The notes beneath the pieces were generated by a model that had not been told where the DNA came from, did not search any database, and worked only from the letters and a program-made list of their open reading frames with translations. Positions 1 through 8,389 of a stretch of 18,205 nucleotides of DNA are shown here, in pieces. Position numbers and translations under genes: made by a program. The stretch's first letter is position 1. Each line of letters begins with the position of its first letter. This DNA comes from Anthoceros angustus (lineage: Eukaryota > Plantae > Anthocerotophyta): the NCBI GenBank assembly GCA_010909165.1, contig VJWM01000401.1, forward strand, positions 1-18,205, in the 5' to 3' direction.

Positions 1-24
1 TCCGTCCGGATCCATAGCAGCACG

Positions 25-838
25 ATGTCGGGGCCGATGTGGAGATGCACGAGCCGCGACGTGGCTGAGCCGAGATGGGCCGCACCATAGGGTACAAAGA
101 CACACCTACGGATTAGTATTGGTCAACATTGACGAGGACGCATCAAGAGAGCATCCATCGGGGTGATACCCAAGCTAGTCAACGTGATGGCAACCACCAA
201 CCTTCACGTGCAATTGACTTGCATCATTTGGGCCTCCACCTCCCCAACGTGAGTACCGCCCGAGCAAAACGGCGGAGCTATGGCAACGTGAGGGTCCGAC
301 TCGGTCCTGGCCTTACCGACATTGCGCGTGTTCGTGTCGACGTGTGAACGTGCTAGGACCAGCATCGCCGCCAATGTAATGGTGTTTGCGAGAAGTCGGT
401 CGCGATGGTCAACAGTTGGGGTACAATGCACATTTTGATCCTAACGACTTCACGGTTTCCAACATTGTGCCGGACGCGAAGTGCTTAAAGATAAAGATAG
501 ATACGCAATCGACTTGGTAGAGCTTCACGCAACCCTAGCCAAGATATGAGCCGGCTCAGTCGAAACGATTGCGCCTCGACGCACCGGCATTGAGAGGGTT
601 CAAGGGTTGATAGCGAAGTTCAAGAGAACTTGGCCGTCACTATGTTCCATTCAGACACCTCCACATCTCCGAGGAAGGACTATTGCACCGTCAGATTTAA
701 GTTTTTGAACAGATCCCATCCCACCGCACACCAAACGAAAAGAACGGTAACCAACCCGACTGGGACGCAGACGAGCTCCGTCGCAAGAGAAAGCGGTCGA
801 AAAGGACTACTTCCATGACCGAATCATATCAATTGTGA
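25..838 (+). CDS. TBP: Divergent TBP-family (TATA-binding protein-like) gene, copy 1, frameshifted as read
   Basis: Same unit as copy 2. In-frame pieces include YGNVRVRLGPGLT and AVTMFHS. Several indels break the frame. Confidence 0.85.
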
Positions 839-1271
839 CTATAGGGAGTATGGCTTGGATTCGATCAATTTGATTAGTTGGACAATTGAAACACATTGTA
901 AACAAATGAAAGAAATTTTGATGGAAATGAAAGTGATGTTCTCACTTGCATGCACCGGGGTGAGGGAAAAGGAAGGCACCGCCATTCGCTAAACCATCAA
1001 TGAGCATTTGTTGTCCTTGGGTCATGGTGCGTAATATTATTATAGTTTTTATCGAGACATTCTAGCTTGCAGCATTGGCCAAAGGCCAAGGACAAGTAGT
1101 CCTATAAGTATAACGCAGAGCTAGTATATAGGTAGTAGCTACTACCACTCCAACGAAAGTCGCGCGCCCTTGAAACAAACCATTTCCGTCCGTGCGGTAG
1201 GCTGCAGCCACCAGTCCAACGAAAGTCGTGCGCACTTGAAATCATTTCCCGTCCGGATCCATAGCAGCACG

Positions 1272-2103
1272 ATGTCAGGGGCCGATGTGGAGATGCACGA
1301 GCCGCGACGTGGCTGAGCCGAGATGGGCCGCACCATAGGGTACAAAGACACACCTACGGATTAGTATTGGTCAACATTGACGAGGACGCATCAAGAGAGC
1401 ATCCATCGGGGTGATACCCAAGCTAGTCAACGTGATGGCAACCACCAACCTTCACGCAATTGACTTGCATCATTTGGGCCTCCACCTCCCCAACGTGAGT
1501 ACCGCCCGAGCAAAACGGCGGAGCTATGGCAACGGTGAGGGTCCGACTCAGCGGGTCCTCGGGGCCTTACCTGACATTGCGCGTGTTCAGGTCAGGACGT
1601 GTGAACGTGCTAGGACCAGCATCGCGTCAGCAACAGAATGGTGTTTGCGAGAAGCTGGTCGCGATGGTCAACAGGTTGGGGTACAATGCACATTTTGATC
1701 CTAACGACTTCACGGTTTCCAACATTGTGCTGGACGCGGAAGTGCTTAAAGATAAAGATAGATACGCAATCGACTTGGTAGAGCTTCACGCAACCCTAGC
1801 CGAAGATATGAGCCGGCTCAGGCTGAAACGATTGCGCCTCGACGCACCGGCATTGAGAGGGTTCAGTGGGTTGATAGCGAAGTTCGAAGACAGCAACTTG
1901 GCCGTCACTATGTTCCATTCAGGACACCTCCACATCTCTGGAGGAAGGACTATTGCACCGTCAGATTTAAGTTTTTGAACAAGATCCCATCCTCGCACAC
2001 CAAACGAAAAGAACGGTAACCAACCCGCTGACTGATGCGATCCGGTCGCAAGAGAAAGCGGTCGAAAAGGACTACTTCCATGACCGAATCATATCAATTG
2101 TGA
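1272..2103 (+). CDS. TBP: Divergent TBP-family gene, copy 2 (best preserved), frameshifted as read
   Basis: ORF 1411-1698 gives IPKLVNVMATTNLHAIDLHHLGLHLPNV (cf. TBP VPxLQNIVSTVNLxxxLDLxxIALxxxNAEY). ORF 1526-1978 gives LTLRVFRSGRVNVLG, LGYNAHFDPNDFTVSNIVLDAEV, IDLVEL, GFSGLIAKF and AVTMFHSGHLHISGGRT. These match both TBP pseudo-repeats (TALIFSSGKMVCTG, LGFxAKFxDFKIQNMVGSCDV, FPGLIYRM, VLLIFVSGKVVLTGAK). Alignment by eye. Confidence 0.92.
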
Positions 2104-2350
2104 CTATAGGGAGTATGGCTTGGATTCGATCAATTTGATTAGTTGGACAATTGAAACACGCTTGTAAACAAATGAAAGAAATTTTGATGGAAATGAAAGT
2201 GATGTTCTCACTTGCATGCACCGGGGTGAGGGAAAAGGAAGGTGGAAGGCACCGCCATTCGCTAAACCATCAATGAGCATTTGTTGTCCTTGGGTCATGG
2301 TGCGTGTAATATTATTATAGTTTTTATCGAGACATTCTAGCTTGTCAGCA

Positions 2351-2542
2351 TTGGCCAAAGGCCAAGGACAAGTAGTCCTATAAGTATAACGTGCAGTAGC
2401 TAGTATATAGGTAGTAGTAGCTACTACCACTCCAACGAAAGTCGTGCGCCCTTGAAACAAACCATTTCCGTAGGCTGCAGCCACCACCAACGAAAGTCGT
2501 GCGCACTTGAAATCATTTCCCGTCCGGATCCATAGCAAGACG
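2351..2542 (+). promoter_or_regulatory. Putative promoter module of the TBP-like unit (present in each spacer)
   Basis: TATAAG/TATAA at 2379-2389 and TATATA at 2404-2409. Palindrome GTAGTAGCTACTAC at 2414-2427. Imperfect direct repeat CCAACGAAAGTCGTGCGCxCTTGAAA..CATTTCC at ~2432-2471 and ~2487-2523, ending ~20 nt before the ATG at 2543. Function is inferred. Confidence 0.5.
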
Positions 2543-3361
2543 ATGTCAGGGGCCGATGTGGAGATGCACGAGCCGCGCGACGTGGCTGTCGGAGCTGAGA
2601 TGGGCCGCACCATAGGGTACAAAGACACACCTACGGGATTAGTATTGGTCAACATTGACGAGGACGCACTTCGAAGAGAGCATCCATCGGGGGTGATACC
2701 CAAGCTAGTCAACGTGATGGCAACCACCAACCTTCACGTGCAATTGACTTGCATCATTTGGGCCTCCACCTCCCCAACGTGGAGTACCGCCCGAGCAAAA
2801 CGGCGGAGCTATGGCAACGTGAGGGTCCGACTCGGTCCTGGCCTTACGACATTGCGCGTGTTCGTCGGGGCGTGTGAACGTGCTAGGACCAGCATCGCCG
2901 CAATGTAATGGTGTTTGCGAGAAGTCGGTCGCGATGGTCAAGTTGGGGTACAATGCACATTTTGATCCTAACGACTTCACGGTTTCCAACATTGTGCCGG
3001 ACGCGAAGTGCTTAAAGATAAAGATAGATACGCAATCGACTTGGTAGAGCTTCACGCAACCCTAGTCAAGATATGAGCCGGCTCAGTCGAAACGATTGCG
3101 CCTCGACGCACCGGCATTGAGAGGGTTCAGTGGGTTGATAGCGAAGTTCAAGAGAAACAGCGTCACTATGTTCCATTCGTGACACCTCCACATCTCGAGG
3201 AAGGACTATTGCACCGTCGTGCAGTTTTTGAACAGATCCCATCCATCGCACACCAAACGAAAAGAACGGTAACCAACCCACTGGGGCATGCGGCGATCCG
3301 GTCGCAAGAGAAAGCGGTCGAGTGATGGACTACTTCCATGACCGAATCATATCAATTGTGA
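2543..3361 (+). CDS. TBP: Divergent TBP-family gene, copy 3, frameshifted as read
   Basis: ORF 2507-2908 gives the N-terminus MSGADVEMHEPRDVAVGAEMGRTIGYKDTPTGLVLVNIDEDALRREHPSGVIPKLVNVMATTNL and TLRVFVG. Confidence 0.87.
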
Positions 3362-3805
3362 CTATAGGGAGTATGGCTTGGATTCGATCAATTTGATTAG
3401 TTGGACAATTGAAACACATTGTAAACAAATGAAAGAAATTTTGATGGAAATGAAAGTGATGTTCTCACTTGCATGCACCGGGGGTGAGGGAAAAAGGAAG
3501 GCACTGCCATTCGCTAAACCATCAATGAGCATTTGTTGTCCTTGGGTCATGGTGCGTGTAATATTATTATAGTTTTTTTATCGAGACATTCTAGCTTGCT
3601 CGCAGGCATTGGCCAAAGGCCAAGGACAAGTAGTCCTATAAGTATAACGTGCAGTAGCTAGTATATAGGTAGTAGTAGCTACTACCACTCCAACGAAAAA
3701 GTCGTGCGCCCTTGAAACAAACCATTTCCGTCCGTGCGGTAGGTCGACCACCACCAACGAAAGTCGTCGCGCTTGAAATCATTTCCGTCCGGATCCATAG
3801 CGACG

Positions 3806-4614
3806 ATGTCGGGGCGATGTGGAGATGCACGAGCCGCGACGTGGGCGTGAGCCGAGATGGGCCGCACCATAGGGTACAAAGACACACCTACGGATTAGTA
3901 TTGGTCAACATTGACGAGGACGCATCAAGAGAGCATCCATCGGGGTGATACCCAAGCTAGTCAACGTGATGGCAACCACCAACCTTCACGCAATTGACTT
4001 GCATCATTTGGGCCTCCACCTCCCCAACGTGGAGTACCGCCCGAGCAAAACGGCGGAGCTATGGCAACGGTGAGGGTCCGACTGGTCCTGGCCTTACCGA
4101 CATTGCGCGTGTTCGGTCGACGTGAACGTGCTAGGACCAGCATCGCCGCAATGTAATGGTGTTTGCGAGAAGTCGGTCGCGATGGTCAACAGTTGGGGTA
4201 CAATGCACATTTTGATCCTAACGACTTCACGGTTTCCAACATTGTGCCGGACGCGAAGTGCTTAAAGATAAAGATAGATACGCAATCGACTTGGTAGAGC
4301 TTCACGCAACCCTAGTCAAGATATGAGCCGCTCAGTCGAAACGATTGCGCCTCGACGCACCGCATTGAGAGGGTTCAAGGTTGATAGCGGTTCAAGACAA
4401 GAACTTGGCGTCACTATGTTCCATTCGTGACACCTCCACATCTCGGAGGAAGGACTATTGCACCGTCGTCACGAAGTTTTTGAACAGATCCCATCCCACC
4501 GCACACCAAACGAAAAGAACGGTAACCAACCTCAAGACTGACGACGAGCAATCCGGTCGCAAGAGAAAGCGGTCGAAAAGGACTACTTCCATGACCGAAT
4601 CATATCAATTGTGA
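3806..4614 (+). CDS. TBP: Divergent TBP-family gene, copy 4, frameshifted as read
   Basis: Same unit. The C-terminal frame reads GRKRKRSKRTTSMTESYQL* with TGA at 4612-4614. Confidence 0.85.
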
Positions 4615-5027
4615 CTATAGGAGTATGGCTTGGATTCGATCAATTTGATTAGTTGGACAATTGAAACACTTGTAAACAAATGAAAGAAATTTTGATGGAA
4701 ATGAAAGTGATGTTCTCACTTGCATGCACCGGGGTGAGGGAAAAGGAAGGCACGCCATTCGCTAAACCATCAATGAGCATTTGTTGTCCTTGGGTCATGG
4801 TGCGTGTAATATTATTATAGTTTTTATCGAGACATTCTAGCTTGCTCGCAGGCATTGGCCAAAGGCCAAGGACAAGTAGTCCTATAAGTATAACGTGCGA
4901 GCTAGTATATAGGTAGTAGCTACTACCACTCCAACGAAAAAGTCGCGCCTTGAAACAAACCATTTCGTCTGCGGTCACGAAAGTCGTCGCACTTGAAATC
5001 ATTTCCGTCCGGATCCATAGCGGCACG

Positions 5028-5853
5028 ATGTCGGGGCGATGTGGAGATGCACGAGCCGCGCGACGTGGCTGCCGAGATGGGCCGCACCATAGGGTACAAA
5101 GACACACCTACGGATTAGTATTGGTCAACATTGACGAGGACGCATCAAGAGAGCATCCATCGGGGTGATACCCAAGCTAGTCAACGTGATGGCAACCACC
5201 AACCTTCACGTGCAATTGACTTGCATCATTTGGGCCTCCACCTCCCCAACGTGGAGTACCGCCCCGAGCAAAACGGCGGAGCTATGGCAACGTGAGGGTC
5301 CGACTGGTCCCTGGCCTTACCGACATTGCGCGTGTTCGTGTCGGGGCGTGTGAACGCAGGACCAGCATCGCGTCGCCAATGTAATGGTGTTTGCGAGAAG
5401 TCGGTCGCGATGGTCAGTTGGGGTACAATGCACATTTTGATCCTAACGACTTCACGGTTTCCAACATTGTGCCGACGCAAGTGCTTAAAGATAAAGATAG
5501 ATACGCAATCGACTTGGTAGAGCTTCACGCAACCCTAGCCAAGATATGAGCTCAGTCGAAACGATTGCGCCTCGACGCCGGCATTGAGAGGGTTCGGTGG
5601 GTTGATAGCGAAGTTCGAAGACAGCAACTTGGCCGTCACTATGTTCCATTCAGGACACCTCCACATCTCTGGAGGAAGGACTATTGCACCGTCGTACGAA
5701 GTTTTTGAACAGCTGTATCCCATCCTACTGGCACACCAAACGAAAAGAACGGTAACCAACCCCGCACCTGGGACGGTACGAGCAGTCCCGGGTCGCAAGA
5801 GAAAGCGGTCGTAGCAGTGGACTACTTCCATGACCGAATCATATCAATTGTGA
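5028..5853 (+). CDS. TBP: Divergent TBP-family gene, copy 5, frameshifted as read (alternative stop TAG at 5812-5814)
   Basis: ORF 5584-5814 reads GLIAKFEDSNLAVTMFHSGHLHISGGRTIAPSYEVFEQLYPILLAHQTKR...GRKRKRS*. YEVFEQLYPIL matches the TBP C-terminal helix YxAFENIYPIL. Confidence 0.9.
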
Positions 5854-6280
5854 CTATAGGGAGTATGGCTTGGATTCGATCAATTTGATTAGTTGGACAA
5901 TTGAAACACAGTTGTAAACAAATGAAAGAAATTTTGATGGAAATGAAAGTGATGTTCTCACTTGCATGCACCGGGGGTGAGGGAAAAGGAAGGCACCGCC
6001 ATTCGCTAAACCATCAATGAGCATTTGTTGTCCTTGGGTCATGGTGTAATATTATTATAGTTTTTATCGAGACATTCTAGCTTGTCAGCATTGGCCAAAG
6101 GCCAAGGACAAGTAGTCCTATAAGTATAACGCAAGCTAGTATATAGGTAGTAGTAGCTACTACCACTCCAACGAAAAGTCGCGCCTTGAAACAAACCATT
6201 TCCGTCTGCGGTAGGGTCCAGCACCACCCAACGAAAGTCGTGCGACTTGAAATCATTTCCGTCCGGATCCATAGCAGACG

Positions 6281-6575
6281 ATGTCGGGGCGATGTGGAGA
6301 TGCACGAGCCGCGCGACGTGGCCGGAGTCGAGATGGGCCGCACCATAGGGTACAAAGACACACCTACGGATTAGTATTGGTCAACATTGACGAGGACGCA
6401 TCAAGAGAGCATCCATCGGGGTGATACCCAAGCTAGTCAACGTGATGGCAACCACCAACCTTCACGCAATTGACTTGCATCATTTGGGCCTCCACCTCCC
6501 CAACGTGGAGTACCGCCCCGAGCAAAACGGCGGAGCTATGGCAACGTGAGGGTCCGACTCGGGTCCCTGGGGCCT
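6281..6575 (+). pseudogene. 5' part of TBP-like copy 6, truncated at the junction with unrelated AT-rich sequence
   Basis: Identity to the unit ends at ...GACTCGGGTCCCTGGGGCCT (6575). Non-array sequence CACAAAGTGGTTTTTTTGGGG follows. Confidence 0.9.
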
Positions 6576-6677
6576 CACAAAGTGGTTTTTTTGGGGTAGT
6601 GTAAATTTTTAGAGAGAGAAAATTGACCTTTTGGTCATTATTTTACCCAGAGAGTAAAATTCATTACAGTATAGTAG

Positions 6678-6750
6678 AAAATCATCTACCATCAAGGTAC
6701 AAAACAACTGAACCATACAAGTGGGGTAAAAATCATCTACCATCAAGGTA
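6678..6750 (+). repeat. 22-bp direct repeat near the left end of the insert
   Basis: AAAATCATCTACCATCAAGGTA at 6678-6699 and 6729-6750. Confidence 0.85.
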
Positions 6751-6859
6751 GAAAATAGAGCACTAGAGTAGAAAACATGACGACCAAGTGAATACCAGCT
6801 GGGTCTAGAAGCTCATTCTAGAAATCCCACCAAAATCGCTAATCGACAAAACATTTTCT

Positions 6860-7660
6860 TAAATAATATTCATGCGGATCCGGGATATACAAAAACCAAC
6901 AAAGAAACCTTTTCTTTGCGAGTTTCTGTATATCCGTAATGGCATGAAATACAAATTCAACTAATGAAGAGTAAAGATAGATTGAACTCGCTAGATTGAA
7001 CTCTACTTCAACAACAATGGAACCTACAAACAAACAAAACAAAGACACAAACCGTGATTAGTGATACTAGAAAACGGAAATAATCATAGCAAATACTTAG
7101 GAAATGATACTCACCTTATTTAGGAAATTGATCGCATAATTATCTGATTGAAAACGTAATTTTCACGACCACTTGGCTTGATTGGCGGTTGTACAGATCA
7201 TTCTTGGCAACCAATTGATGAAGCGAGGACTTGGGCGAAATTGTCCCTTCCGCAAGGTGACAACCTAATAAAATACAACCATTGATTTTCAAATTAATAA
7301 AGAGCATAAGAAAACTTACCAATCTCGACGGATTTTCGCAGATAGCAAATATCTCGAGACACATTCTTCTCTCGCCTCTCTTTTCCACCGCAGTCTTGAA
7401 CCTCTTGCTCCATCTGCCGCCGCTTTCTTGATGCTTAATGTGCTCTTGTCTCCTCTCCACATTTCTCCGCCTGGATCTCAAGGGCTTTCTCTCTTTGCTT
7501 AGAGACTCGTAATTCAACCGCTACTGTCTCTCTATAAGAGCCTCCAAATCCTTTTGTCACGAAACTCCAATTCTGCCCATCATACTCCAATTCCGTACTC
7601 GCGCAATCTCGGTCACCGCTCAAAGCCACTTCCATTTCCATTTGAGTCACAATACAATAT
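6860..7660 (-). CDS. Multi-exon coding remnant of unknown function (a second gene or the 3' extension of the YR gene), frameshifted
   Basis: Minus-strand GT-AG introns at 7319-7265 (GTAAGT...TATTAG) and 7114-7024 (GTGAGT...TTTGTAG), plus a donor at 6908. Exon 7023-6909 is open (GSIVVEVEFNLASSIYLYSSLVEFVFHAITDIQKLAKK). Charged segment ELRVSKQREKALEIQAEK. Confidence 0.45.
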
Positions 7661-7667
7661 CGAGGTG

Positions 7668-7845
7668 CTACCAACATTGTGCCGACGCACCGGCATTGAG
7701 AGGGTTCGGTTGATAGCGAAGTTCAAGACAAGAACTTGGCCACTATGTTCCATTCAGTGACACCTCCACATCTCGAGGAAGGACTATTGCACCGCATTTA
7801 AGTTTTTGAACAAGGACTACTTCCATGACCGAATCATATCAATGT
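7668..7845 (+). repeat. Internally deleted fragment of the TBP-like unit
   Basis: CCAACATTGTGCCGACGCA|CCGGCATTGAGAGGGTTC...GACTACTTCCATGACCGAATCATATCAAT matches non-contiguous parts of the unit. Confidence 0.9.
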
Positions 7846-8013
7846 TGAAATGAGGGATGAAGGTCGCTTCCACTAGTCGCAGGATTCACAACGCCAAGAT
7901 AAACATAATCGAAACTCCAAAAAGAAGTGAAACAAACAAAGACAAAGAATCAACCTTGTCAACATATGGAATTTCACTAGAACACCCGATTGTTGGTCTG
8001 TTATCCATCGATG

Positions 8014-8215
8014 CCTTGGCCACTATGTTCCATTCAGACACCTCCACATCTCTCGGAGGAAGGACTATTGCACCGCATTTAAGTTTTTGAACAGATCCCA
8101 TCCCACCGCACACCAAACGAAAAGTCGCGACTTGAAATCATTTCCGTCCGGATCCATAGCGAAGTTCAAGACAAAGAACTTGGCCACTATGTTCCATTCA
8201 GACACCTCCACATCT
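8014..8215 (+). repeat. Rearranged mosaic of TBP-like unit fragments
   Basis: TBP 3' segment, then spacer segment, then TBP 3' segment again. Joined at ACGAAAAG (8117-8124) and ATAGC (8156-8160). Confidence 0.9.
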
Positions 8216-8389
8216 TGACATTGTTCAAAGGTCCTTTCATGATGAACAAGGAGTTGTAGAGACCTAACACACAAAACAAGTGACACGTTTAATCAAAACA
8301 AGTCCCTACAAACTTGCAACAAATCTCAAACACTTACATTGTTAACTGTTGCACTCGCAAGTGCTTAAAGATAGATACGCAATCGACTA

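Larger units (their letters stand above)
1..6575 (+). repeat. Head-to-tail tandem array of ~1.25-kb units (TBP-like gene + spacer); 5 full TBP-like ORF copies plus a truncated sixth
   Basis: The anchor GACTACTTCCATGACCGAATCATATCAATTGTGA recurs at ~805, 2070, 3328, 4581 and 5820. Unit ATGs lie at 25, 1272, 2543, 3806, 5028 and 6281 (spacings 1247, 1271, 1263, 1222, 1253). Copies differ mainly by small indels. Confidence 0.97.

Noticed and set aside
1786-1998. Recurrent minus-strand ORFs over the TBP coding region (e.g. DGAIVLPPEMWRCPEWNIVTAKLLSSNFAIN)
   Set aside because: Antisense shadows of the TBP-like ORF, repeated only because the unit is repeated.
1-6575. Non-coding satellite or rDNA/5S array
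   Set aside because: No rRNA motifs, and the unit encodes a recognisable two-repeat TBP fold.
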